From positions 12,413 through 76,412 of the forward strand of contig CAZIJZ010000004.1 in the NCBI GenBank assembly GCA_964539765.1: 64,000 bases of DNA. The letters run 5' to 3'. This stretch comes from an uncultured Smithella sp. (GTDB lineage: Bacteria > Desulfobacterota > Syntrophia > Syntrophales > Smithellaceae). The notes under the pieces are model-generated. The model searched no databases. It had not been told where the DNA came from and was given only the letters and a program-made list of their open reading frames with translations. This document shows positions 48,690 through 57,519 of this stretch, in pieces (position 1 is the first letter of the stretch; every line of letters starts with the position of its first letter). A program made the position numbers and the translations under genes.

Positions 48690-50669
48690 TTAACCGAGTG
48701 TCTTCCTATTGGCGACCAGATCATCAACCACGGCCGGATCAGCCAAAGTTGACGTGTCACCGAAGTCACCGAATGTCTTGGCGGCGACGTTTCTCAGAAC
48801 ACGGCGCATAATCTTGCCGGATCTGGTTTTGGGCAGACCGTCCGCCCACTGAATCTGATCAGGCGACGCGATCGGACCGACGACCTTGCGGACGTGAGCG
48901 ACCAGGGCCTTTTTGAGATCATCCGTCTTGGCCACATTATTGTTCAATGTGACATAGGCGAAGATACCCTGACCTTTGATGTCATGCGGGAATCCAACAA
49001 CCGCCGCTTCGGCTACATCCGGATGAGAGGTGAGCGCCGCTTCAACTTCCGCAGTACCTAATCTGTGACCGGAAACATTGATAACATCGTCAACACGACC
49101 GGTGATCTTGTAGTCACCATCGGCGTCACGTTCCGCGCCGTCGCCGGAGAAGTAAGTGCCGGGGAACTGCGAGAAGTAATTTTCGACGAACCGGCCCTCT
49201 TTGTCATCCCACAAACCGCGGGCAATGCCGGGCCATGAGTTTTTAATACAGAGCGCGCCTTTGCCGACGCCTTTGATTTCTTTTCCTTCTTCATCAAACA
49301 ATACGGGAACAACACCGAAGAACGGAACCATGGCCTTGGCCGGTTTGATGTCAATTGCACCGGGCAGAGGCAGGATCATATGTCCGCCTGTCTCCGTCTG
49401 CCACCAGGTATCGGAAATCGTGCAACGGCCGCCGCCGATCTTATTGTAGTACCACCACCAGGCTTCGGGATTGAGCGGTTCGCCGACCGAACCCAGAACG
49501 CGCAGAGAAGAAATATCATGCATATCGACCCATTTGTCGCCTTCTTTGGCGATGGAGCGAATAGCAGTAGGTGCGGTGTAGAAGTTATTAACATTGTATT
49601 TCTCAACGACTGCCCAGAAACGGCCGAAATCCGGATAGTTGGGAACACCCTCGAAAAGAATGCTGGAGTGACCGTTGCACAGCGGACCGTAAACGATGTA
49701 GCTGTGACCGGTGACCCAGCCGATGTCGGCGGTGCACCAGTAAGTATCATCTTCGCGCACATCAAAAGCGAGCTGCTGGGTCATCGACGCATAAAGCAGA
49801 TAACCTGCCTGGGTATGCACCACGCCCTTGGGTTGTCCGGTGGAACCGGAGGTATAAAGGATGAACAGCGGATCTTCCGCGTCCATTTCTTCCGGCTTGC
49901 AGTAAGGTTTGGCGTCAGCCATCAGTTTTTCATACCAGATGTCGCGGCCTTCTTTCATGGCCACTTCCGTTCCGGTGCGTTTTACAACCACCATGGTTTT
50001 TACACCGGGGCACTGATCGACAGCTTTGTCGCAGGTGGCTTTCTGGGGAACGGCCTTGGCGCCACGGTAGGTGCCGTCGCAGGTAATAACGACTTGTGAG
50101 CCGGAGTTGTTGATGCGATCTCTTAACGCTTCCGCCGAGAACCCTCCGAAAACGATGGCATGAACGGCGCCGATGCGGGCACAGGCCAGCATGACGATGG
50201 ACAGCTCCGCGATCATGGGCAGGAAGATGGTAACGCGGTCGCCCTTCTTAACTCCCAAGCCCTTCAGGACATTGGCAAATTTGTTGACTTCGCGATACAT
50301 GTCGTAATAGGTGTAAACCTTCCAATCGTTGGGATCGTTGCCTTCGAAAATGATCGCGGCTTTGTTTTTCTTGGTTGCCAGGTGACGGTCCAGGCAGTTG
50401 TAACTGACGTTGATCTTGCCACCTTCAAACCATTTGGAATGAACGTCTTTGGCGTCAAATGACCAGTCCGACACTTTCTTTTTGTCAAAAGGTTTAAACC
50501 AGGTCAGTCTTTCATTGGCCATTTTGGCCCAGAAGGCATTGGGATCGGTGATCGATTCTTTGTAAAGTTTGTCGTACTCCGCTCTGCTCTTGATGTAAGA
50601 TTTCTCTCTTACCCTATCAGGGACAGGAAATACCTTGTCATAAAAATCTTTTTCGTTTGCTTCAGCCAT
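48690..50669 (-). CDS. acs: Acetyl-CoA synthetase (AMP-forming)
   Basis: 659 aa. YTSGSTGQPKG AMP-binding motif, WWQTETGG, and C-terminal GLPKTRSGKIMRRVLR carrying the acetylatable lysine. Confidence 0.95.
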   Translation of the reverse strand: MAEANEKDFYDKVFPVPDRVREKSYIKSRAEYDKLYKESITDPNAFWAKMANERLTWFKPFDKKKVSDWSFDAKDVHSKWFEGGKINVSYNCLDRHLATKKNKAAIIFEGNDPNDWKVYTYYDMYREVNKFANVLKGLGVKKGDRVTIFLPMIAELSIVMLACARIGAVHAIVFGGFSAEALRDRINNSGSQVVITCDGTYRGAKAVPQKATCDKAVDQCPGVKTMVVVKRTGTEVAMKEGRDIWYEKLMADAKPYCKPEEMDAEDPLFILYTSGSTGQPKGVVHTQAGYLLYASMTQQLAFDVREDDTYWCTADIGWVTGHSYIVYGPLCNGHSSILFEGVPNYPDFGRFWAVVEKYNVNNFYTAPTAIRSIAKEGDKWVDMHDISSLRVLGSVGEPLNPEAWWWYYNKIGGGRCTISDTWWQTETGGHMILPLPGAIDIKPAKAMVPFFGVVPVLFDEEGKEIKGVGKGALCIKNSWPGIARGLWDDKEGRFVENYFSQFPGTYFSGDGAERDADGDYKITGRVDDVINVSGHRLGTAEVEAALTSHPDVAEAAVVGFPHDIKGQGIFAYVTLNNNVAKTDDLKKALVAHVRKVVGPIASPDQIQWADGLPKTRSGKIMRRVLRNVAAKTFGDFGDTSTLADPAVVDDLVANRKTLG

Positions 50670-51290
50670 ATTATTCTCCTTTATCTAAATTATTTTTAAT
50701 GCCTTTCGCTTTCGCTGAAAAAAGCATTTTTTAAACATCCGTAGCTTGTTCCTTTCGTTGATCCCTTTTAATCTCATTTTTTCAACTTTTCAGGAGGGGT
50801 ACGCCCCAGGCTTTGGCCTCGTTCCTGTTAGAAAAAAACGTTCATGATTCAACGGCCGCAAGGTGGGGCGTATTACATGGCTGATGCAATACATATACCC
50901 CCTGAAAAGCGATTACTGAATACACCTTTTGACAGGTTTGCGGTATCAGCTTGAGTCCTAATTAAAAGTGGGATTTTATCCTACGAGGCGTAAGTGTTTG
51001 TCTTACAGCGATATGTTTCCAATTCAGCATAAAGAGGAGGCAGGCTTTACATGACATGATTTATAGAAGAAATTCTGATATTTATAATACAAAAAACGGA
51101 TGAAGCTTATTGAATTTCAAAAGCCCTGTTTTACCTGCTCCGTTTTTTCGACGAAAACGGATTCTCCTTCCCGGCACGCCGCGAAGGACTGTACTTTTTC
51201 TCGCGCAGAAGCCTGGAAATATCTTTTTGCCTTCTGGTCGTTTTTTGTTCGGCCATAAAAATTCTCTTTCATCTATTTGTTATATCCTGA

Positions 51291-52058
51291 TCATTGGGGC
51301 GGCATGCGCAGCGCACCGTCCAGCCGGATGCAACAGCCGTTGAGCATCGTGTTCTCAATGATATGCAACACCATGCGGGCAAACTCCACCGGGTTCCCCA
51401 AACGTTTCGGAAAAGGAACCATTTGGGCCATGCCTTCCTTGACCGCCAAGGGCAATCCGGCCATCATCGGCGTATCGAAAATGCCCGGAGCGACTGTGAC
51501 AATCCTTATGCCATAATCGGCAATTTCGCGCGCAATGGGCAGCGTCATTCCGACAATACCGGCCTTGGAAGCGCTATAGGCAACCTGGCCTACCTGTCCC
51601 TCAAATGCCGCGATCGACGCGGAGTTGACAATCACGCCTTTTTCTCCTTCTTCGCCGGGAGTATTTTTCATCATCTGCTCCACTGCCAACCTGATCACGT
51701 TGAGCGTTCCCACCAGATTAATTTGCAGAACTTTATTGAAAGCTTCCAAGGGCAGAGGTCCTTTTCTACCGACGAGTTTCCCGGGATTAACAACCCCGGC
51801 GCAGTTCACCACCACATTTATTTTACCGAAAGTTTCAACAGTTTGTTGTATAACCTGTCTGACCTCCGTTTCGCTGGTTATATCCGTTTTCACAAATATG
51901 GCATTGCGGCCAATTACCCCTGCCAGTTTTTCGCCTTTTTCCGCATCGACATCGATGATGACAACTTTGGCGCCTTTTTTAGTCAGTTCCTGAATGCAAG
52001 CTTCACCCAGTCCCGAAGCGCCTCCTGTCACGAATGCCACGACATCCCGATGATTCAT
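51291..52058 (-). CDS. 3-hydroxyacyl-CoA dehydrogenase type 2 (HSD17B10-like SDR)
   Basis: 255 aa. VTGGASGLG, NCAG, AAFEGQVGQVAYSASKAGIVGMTLPIARE and NGCCIRLDGALRM are colinear with HSD10 from memory. Confidence 0.85.
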   Translation of the reverse strand: MNHRDVVAFVTGGASGLGEACIQELTKKGAKVVIIDVDAEKGEKLAGVIGRNAIFVKTDITSETEVRQVIQQTVETFGKINVVVNCAGVVNPGKLVGRKGPLPLEAFNKVLQINLVGTLNVIRLAVEQMMKNTPGEEGEKGVIVNSASIAAFEGQVGQVAYSASKAGIVGMTLPIAREIADYGIRIVTVAPGIFDTPMMAGLPLAVKEGMAQMVPFPKRLGNPVEFARMVLHIIENTMLNGCCIRLDGALRMPPQ

Positions 52059-52108
52059 ATCTCCTCCAGAGTTTTATTGAAATGTATGCTTCACTGATGT
52101 TTCAAAAT

Positions 52109-53497
52109 TCATTCTGTTCTCTTCACCGCGTTGGCTGCGGGTTTTATCATTTCCTTTTTTATTCTTTTGATAAACTCGCGGCGAAAAACGGGGGTTTTCG
52201 TCAGCAACACCAGTGTGCTGTTGATCAGCCGCCATTTGTAATATTTTTGAGGAAAATTATACATTCCGTGTTCTTTGTAATACCGGTGATCGGCCTGGAA
52301 AACAACCCGCAGCCTCCCGAAAATAGCGTCCCGAAATAACTTGGTTCCCGCGACCTGATAGAATGTCGGCGGCTGGATATAGTCCAGTTGACTCTGCAAG
52401 ACGGAACTTGAAGCCATCGTCTGCAGAGCGGCATTGATTTCAGATGCGTTCACCAGATCATCACTGACAAAACCGGCCAGATTGCAATGTTGCATTTCAA
52501 TGGAGGCTTTCATAATTTCTCGAAGATTGGCCATCTGATTGAGCGACCCGGCAATAACCAATCCGATCTGTTTGCCCATTAACGCGGGTGTATGACCATT
52601 GAAAAAACTGCGGTCAAAAAAACATTTCCAGAGCGACGAAAGATAACGGTCGTGAACGGCACCGGCGATAAACAAAATGTCCGCTGGCTTAACTGTGTTA
52701 TTATAAAAATCAATATAGCCGTCTTTACCTTCGTAAACGCAGACGTTATCAAAGCCACACTGCATACAGCCGATACAGCCGCCTTTGATATCAACATCCT
52801 TCAGTTGCACCAGTTCGGCGGCAGGAGAAAAGGTCTTTTGCAATCTTTCCACCATTTTCTGAAGGTTGGAATTTGCCGCAAGATCATCCGCCACGATTAA
52901 GACTTTTTTACCGGCCACATCCACAGGGTGAATCGCCTCCGCTTCAAAAACAACTTCCGGCGTGACCAGCGGTTTGTAGCTTCTGATCGCCGGCGTTTCT
53001 TCCTTGATCGCTTTCAGAAACAATTCGCCGAAAGTTTTCAGTCGGCGGCGTTCTCTGACTTTCAGCAGATCATTCATTTCCGCCGAATAGGAACCGAAAT
53101 AATTCATTGCCAGATCGTCGCAGACGGCATGGATATAATTATGGGCCGTATAGTCAAAGAAATTGATGGACGTTGTCAAACAGGCCGCCGGTTTGCCGTG
53201 AAAAGCGGAAACGGCGTTTTTTTCGAAAATTAATTCAATAAATCTTTTATACTGCGAACAAACCAGCAGAAAATAAAGCGGGAACGCCCAGAACACCGCA
53301 TCCGCGGCGGCCACTTCAGCGATGACCTCCTGAAAAGCCCCGTCGTCATTCTCCAGCTTTTTAATTTTCAACGCCACGTCAAAAATTTTAAATTCCGTTT
53401 CCGGAAATCTCTGCTGCAGGAAACGGACATACTGCATGGTAACGCTGACGTCACCTTTCGGCGAACCGTTTAAAACGGCGATTTTCATACTTGTCAC
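52109..53497 (-). CDS. Tandem flavodoxin-like-fold NAD(P)H-dependent oxidoreductase family protein
   Basis: 462 aa. N-terminal MKIAVLNGSPKGDVSVT (FMN-reductase-like), a second similar module KKVLIVADDLAANSN..., and the Cys cluster GGCIGCMQCGFDNVC. Confidence 0.6.
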   Translation of the reverse strand: MTSMKIAVLNGSPKGDVSVTMQYVRFLQQRFPETEFKIFDVALKIKKLENDDGAFQEVIAEVAAADAVFWAFPLYFLLVCSQYKRFIELIFEKNAVSAFHGKPAACLTTSINFFDYTAHNYIHAVCDDLAMNYFGSYSAEMNDLLKVRERRRLKTFGELFLKAIKEETPAIRSYKPLVTPEVVFEAEAIHPVDVAGKKVLIVADDLAANSNLQKMVERLQKTFSPAAELVQLKDVDIKGGCIGCMQCGFDNVCVYEGKDGYIDFYNNTVKPADILFIAGAVHDRYLSSLWKCFFDRSFFNGHTPALMGKQIGLVIAGSLNQMANLREIMKASIEMQHCNLAGFVSDDLVNASEINAALQTMASSSVLQSQLDYIQPPTFYQVAGTKLFRDAIFGRLRVVFQADHRYYKEHGMYNFPQKYYKWRLINSTLVLLTKTPVFRREFIKRIKKEMIKPAANAVKRTE

Positions 53498-53602
53498 CTG
53501 CTATTACGTATTGGATTTGCAAGGACCCTTATCACAGGGGAAGTCTCATCTCAAGAAAATACCCGGCAAAACAGAATGCATCATCGTTTGCAAACAGGCA
53601 GG

Positions 53603-53797
53603 TTACCTGTTCGTGTTCACTCCGATTTTTGTATAAAGGGGACAGTAACCGCTTACCACGCTGGAAAGAAGCGATCCGCTGATAATCAGCAACAATCCCG
53701 CGACGCCCGGAAGCATCCCCCCCAGATACGCTATAATAATAATAAAAGCGACAACGGCCCTTATCCCTTTGTCAACCGTGCCCATATTTTTTTCCAT
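53603..53797 (-). CDS. DUF2892 (YgaP-like) small membrane protein
   Basis: 64 aa. VDKGIRAVVAFIIIIAYL...LLLIISGSLLSSVVSGYCPLY is the typical DUF2892 pattern. GGAGG RBS. Confidence 0.7.
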   Translation of the reverse strand: MEKNMGTVDKGIRAVVAFIIIIAYLGGMLPGVAGLLLIISGSLLSSVVSGYCPLYTKIGVNTNR

Positions 53798-54228
53798 GTC
53801 CCCTCCTCTTTCTGGTCTCTGTTTTCTTGTTTTTCTCGAAATTCATGGATCATTATTCCGCGTTGTTTAGTGCTTTTCTGCTTGTGCTGCGATGCAATGT
53901 AATCCGCAATTTTTCTGATTGCTTCCGCCGGTGTATTGACGAATTCAACTCCGGCATCATAAGCTTCGCCCTCACAGATGACTTTGATCCACTTCACTTT
54001 CCCCATGGCGGTGATCATCTGTTGAAGGTTTTTTAATTTAAAATCTATCTTGAGAAGGGTATCGATCGGCAAAAATATATTGGAATGAACGCTGGTTCCT
54101 GATTCCGAAATATCCTTACTAGTGTTGTAAATAACTTTTTCCCGGAGAAACTTTTTGCCTCCGGCAATCAGGGTGATGGTCACCTCATTTTCTTCCGTCA
54201 GGCGCTTCGCTTTTCTTTTATCGTTCAT
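53761..54228 (-). CDS. PilZ-domain protein (putative c-di-GMP receptor)
   Basis: 155 aa. RKAKR (RxxxR) followed by DISESG (D-x-S-x-x-G) at the canonical spacing. Its 3-prime end overlaps the DUF2892 gene by 37 nt. Confidence 0.7.
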   Translation of the reverse strand: MNDKRKAKRLTEENEVTITLIAGGKKFLREKVIYNTSKDISESGTSVHSNIFLPIDTLLKIDFKLKNLQQMITAMGKVKWIKVICEGEAYDAGVEFVNTPAEAIRKIADYIASQHKQKSTKQRGIMIHEFREKQENRDQKEEGTWKKIWARLTKG

Positions 54229-54348
54229 AACAACCCGTAATTTTTTGGTAATCGTTTTTGTTTAATTACACGTTCGGGAGCTAAAAAACATTTGGTGTGC
54301 TTTGTTGGTTATTATCCCAAAAGAAATCTAAAAAACAAGGATTTTTTA

Positions 54349-54625
54349 GTGAGACTCTCTGATAATGAGACCCAAGCTTCAGAAACGAAGTGAACTGAAG
54401 CTTGCTGGACGAATTATACCGGGCACGTCGTGACGCGGTAAAACGAGCTTAGCGAAGTTTGAAGAGTTAGTCGAACTATCCCCTGAACGCAGTGAATGGG
54501 GATGTGAGACTCTCTGATAGTGAGACAAGCCGAAGACAAATGCAATGAAGTTTGAGGCGTAAGTCGAACTATAGCGGGCACGTTGTGCCGTGGTGAAACG
54601 AGCGCAGTGAAGTTTTCAGCTGGTT
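54349..54625. repeat. Structured tandem repeat: two units of about 155 nt, each built from shorter sub-repeats
   Basis: GTGAGACTCTCTGATA(A/G)TGAGAC occurs at 54349 and 54504. GAAGTTTGA.G.GT.AGTCGAACTAT occurs three times (two close copies plus a more divergent one at about 54398). CGGGCACGT.GTG.CG.GGT.AAACGAGC occurs twice. Located between the PPTase stop and the PilZ gene. Confidence 0.8.
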
Positions 54626-55285
54626 TCATTGAAAGGCATACGCAACGAAACGGCCGTCATGGCTCAGGCTGACGTCGAGGTCTGTTTCTTTTCCGCAGAT
54701 GCAAACTCGCGGCGGCAGAAGCTCTCCTTGTTGTTTTCTTCGTTTGATTTTTATTTGATGGGAATTCAGGGCAAAATGTTCTGCCAGACTTTTTACAAGG
54801 CATTGACGCGAAAAAAGCGATGGGCAGGTTCCTTCATCCGGCAGGGTTTCAACGTTCCAGATTAATTTATCCAGCGTTGCTTTATCATCAGAACCGGCGC
54901 AATGAATGTAGTCGGAACCGGAGAAAAGGCGGATAAAGACGCCGTCTTTTCCCAGTATTCCGACTTCCCCTTCCGCGTATCCCGACTTCGTTTTTTTAAA
55001 AACCGCCGGCCACCGCCCCGGAACAAAGGCGATCGCTGGAAATAATTTTTTGATGACTTTATAAGCGGTTTCCTTGCAGGCCCAGAACGACCAAAGCGCG
55101 GCATCAGGATTTTCAGCGTTTTTCACGTATTCAATTTCAGCATCTGTGAGGATTTTTCTTAGAAAGCGCGAATCTCCGCTTTTGCCCGTATTCGCCGCTT
55201 CCCGCAAATCCACCACATCGTTCCCGACGTGAGGCAAAATAGTTCTCCTCCATTTTCGCAAGTCTGTCAATGATCTGCGTGGCAT
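54626..55285 (-). CDS. 4-prime-phosphopantetheinyl transferase (Sfp-type)
   Basis: VGNDVVDL..., WSFWACKETAYKV (W/F-x-x-KE-x-x-K motif), DVSLSHDGRFVAYA. There is an alternative TTG start at 55237 with GGAGGAG 7 nt upstream. Confidence 0.75.
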   Translation of the reverse strand: MPRRSLTDLRKWRRTILPHVGNDVVDLREAANTGKSGDSRFLRKILTDAEIEYVKNAENPDAALWSFWACKETAYKVIKKLFPAIAFVPGRWPAVFKKTKSGYAEGEVGILGKDGVFIRLFSGSDYIHCAGSDDKATLDKLIWNVETLPDEGTCPSLFSRQCLVKSLAEHFALNSHQIKIKRRKQQGELLPPRVCICGKETDLDVSLSHDGRFVAYAFQ

Positions 55286-55961
55286 ATTCCCGTTGTGCCC
55301 TCAATTCGCTACCTTGGGCGGGTTGCGGTGTGAAGATTTCTATCTGTACTGAAAATTTCTCGCGCCAGGCGGGAATGATGCTGTAATGATCCTGCTTGTC
55401 GCCCCGCAGATACAGGCACATCACTTTGCAGTTCTCCACGTTCTTAATAAAACGTCCGACCCCGTAAGAGAAGCCTTCTTGATCTACTCTTCCGGTACGG
55501 GAGCGCTTGCCTTCGGGGAAAATCATGATCGTTTCTCCGCTTCTCAAAAGGTAAGCGCATTTGTCGAGAGACGCTTTCATCTTCTCACGAGCGCCGCCAC
55601 GGTTTATGGGAATGCACTTCGAAAGATAACACAATATGGTCAGAAAAATATTATCTTTGTAGTTAGTCCATTCGGGCAGATTCCAGGGCATTTTTTTATA
55701 ATGAATGATATGCTGGCCAAGATTGAACATGGCATAGCTCAAAATAAAAGAATCTATCATGGTTAAATGATTGGAACAGATAATCCATCCGCCTTTGTGC
55801 TTTCCAAATTCAGCGGCACACAGGCTTCGAATTTCTTTCAAATTCCTGACCCGGTAAAAGAAAACTTTTGCGGCAAAAAAATACAGAGGCGCAATGATTA
55901 ATATGGCAATGCGTCCGACAATTTTTTGCAAATACAAAAGTATTCGGGCTTTCTTACTCAT
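55137..55961 (-). CDS. Lysophospholipid/1-acylglycerol-3-phosphate acyltransferase family (PlsC-like)
   Basis: 274 aa. N-terminal TM helix, HX4D box NHLTMID and the FPEGKRSRTG box. Its 3-prime end overlaps the PPTase ORF by 100-149 nt. Confidence 0.8.
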   Translation of the reverse strand: MSKKARILLYLQKIVGRIAILIIAPLYFFAAKVFFYRVRNLKEIRSLCAAEFGKHKGGWIICSNHLTMIDSFILSYAMFNLGQHIIHYKKMPWNLPEWTNYKDNIFLTILCYLSKCIPINRGGAREKMKASLDKCAYLLRSGETIMIFPEGKRSRTGRVDQEGFSYGVGRFIKNVENCKVMCLYLRGDKQDHYSIIPAWREKFSVQIEIFTPQPAQGSELRAQREYATQIIDRLAKMEENYFASRRERCGGFAGSGEYGQKRRFALSKKNPHRC

Positions 55962-55964
55962 CTT

Positions 55965-56213
55965 TTACCCAAGCTTTTGTTTGATGATTCTGACGGCGTC
56001 GCCGATGGTGCGAATTTTATCAGCCTCATCGTCATCCACGCTAATGCCGTAAACGTCTTCACATTTTATAATGACATCAACCAGACGCGCCGAGTTTACT
56101 TTCAAATCATTTAAAATATGCGTGTCCAGTGTCGCCGTTGCCAAAAGATCCTGGTTCTTGGCGTATGGTCTTAAAATGTTAATCATTTCTTCCAAAATTT
56201 TCTTGTCATCCAT
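55965..56213 (-). CDS. Acyl carrier protein
   Basis: 82 aa. DLKVNSARLVDVIIKCEDVYG with Ser at the phosphopantetheine attachment position. Acidic helical protein. Confidence 0.8.
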   Translation of the reverse strand: MDDKKILEEMINILRPYAKNQDLLATATLDTHILNDLKVNSARLVDVIIKCEDVYGISVDDDEADKIRTIGDAVRIIKQKLG

Positions 56214-56238
56214 AAAGCAATTTCTCCTTCACTATGTA

Positions 56239-57519
56239 TTATTTTTCTTCCCATTTTTTAAATATGATGCAGCTGTTGACATCGCCGAAACCAAAACCGG
56301 CTTTTGCGATTATTTTCATTTCAGGAAATTCCAGACATTTTTGCGGAATCTTTGGCGCGAATTTTACGATATCGGGATGCACATCCTCGCTGTTCATGGA
56401 CGGATGCACAAATCCCTTATAAAGTTCAAGAGCAACGGCAACACATTCGATGGCCCCGGCAGCTCCCAGGCAATGACCGACCAGTGATTTGGTGGACTGA
56501 ATATAGGGGAAATTTTCCGGAGTCCTCTCCAGCGCTTCCGCCCAGTTTCTTACCTCGTGAGGATCGGCATAGGTTGCCGTCAGATGTCCGTTAATGGCGT
56601 CAATTTCCGCGGGATCAATACCCGCATCGGCTACCGCGCCGCGAATGCATCTTTTCACCCCTTCCGGATTGGGCGCCGTCATGGAACCGCCCATTCTCTG
56701 GCCGCCGCAGTTAACGTAGCCACCAAGTATTTCAGCATAAATGCGTGCGCCTCTTTCTATCGCTGTTTCCAGTTCTTCCAGGACAAGCATGGCTCCGCCG
56801 GAACCGGGAACAAAACCGGCCGCTGTAGCGCTGAGCGGGCGCGAACCGGCCGCGGGATTGTCGTTGAATTTACGGCAAAGCACGCGCATGGCATCGAATC
56901 CTCCCCAGATGTAAGGCGTTGCGCCTTCGGATCCGCCGGCCACCATACGTTTGGCCAGTCCCGTTCTGATTCTCCACATGGCATCAATGATGGCTTCATT
57001 GCCGGTGGAGCAAGCCGAAGAGTTCGACGTTACTTGATTGCCGGTAGCCAGTAAACCGGAGATGCGCGCGCTGGTTCCGCTGCTCATGACCTGTTCGACA
57101 ATGCGGCTGCCTAATCTCCTGACCTTGCCTTCATTAATCACCGGGACTATGGTATTGGCTATCGTGTCCATGCCGCCGATTCCCGAACCGGCAATGACCC
57201 CGGTATCCCAGTCTACGGAATCATCATCATCGCTTTTCAGATTAAATCCGGCGTCCTTCCAGGCGTCCACCGCGGAAACAGAGGCATAACCGATATTGTC
57301 ATTTATGGATAAAAGTTTTTCCCGGTCGAAATAACTTGATCTGATCTCATCAAAATTTTCCGGGACACCGGCAATCTGACAGCCGAAGTTCAATTCCTTC
57401 AGTTGCGGGATAAAACGAATCCCGGAAACTCCTTCTCTAATGGCTTTCTCAAAACTATCCAGACCGTGCGCATTAGGAGCGGCGACTCCCATGCCTGTAA
57501 TGACAATTCTTTTTTTCAT
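56239..57519 (-). CDS. fabF: Beta-ketoacyl-ACP synthase I/II family
   Basis: 426 aa. ITGMGVAAPN, active-site SSACSTG, INGHLTAT and KSLVGHCLGAAG. Confidence 0.85.
   Translation of the reverse strand: MKKRIVITGMGVAAPNAHGLDSFEKAIREGVSGIRFIPQLKELNFGCQIAGVPENFDEIRSSYFDREKLLSINDNIGYASVSAVDAWKDAGFNLKSDDDDSVDWDTGVIAGSGIGGMDTIANTIVPVINEGKVRRLGSRIVEQVMSSGTSARISGLLATGNQVTSNSSACSTGNEAIIDAMWRIRTGLAKRMVAGGSEGATPYIWGGFDAMRVLCRKFNDNPAAGSRPLSATAAGFVPGSGGAMLVLEELETAIERGARIYAEILGGYVNCGGQRMGGSMTAPNPEGVKRCIRGAVADAGIDPAEIDAINGHLTATYADPHEVRNWAEALERTPENFPYIQSTKSLVGHCLGAAGAIECVAVALELYKGFVHPSMNSEDVHPDIVKFAPKIPQKCLEFPEMKIIAKAGFGFGDVNSCIIFKKWEEK

Noticed and set aside
51117-51272. 51-aa minus-strand ORF (MKENFYGRTKNDQKAKRYFQASAREKVQSFAACREGESVFVEKTEQVKQGF) in the 620-nt gap between the SDR gene and acs
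   Set aside because: There is no convincing RBS (AGGA lies 14 nt upstream) and I recognise no family. It contains a terminator-like hairpin (CCGTTTT...AAAACGG). It may be real but is unsupported, so it is not listed as a feature.
54414-54629. 71-aa minus-strand ORF whose ATG overlaps the PPTase stop (ATGA)
   Set aside because: Its sequence is generated by the DNA tandem repeat (IVRLTPQTSL / IVRLTLQTSL) and has no protein-like features. It is kept only as a note under the repeat finding, because the ATGA junction means translation cannot be fully excluded.
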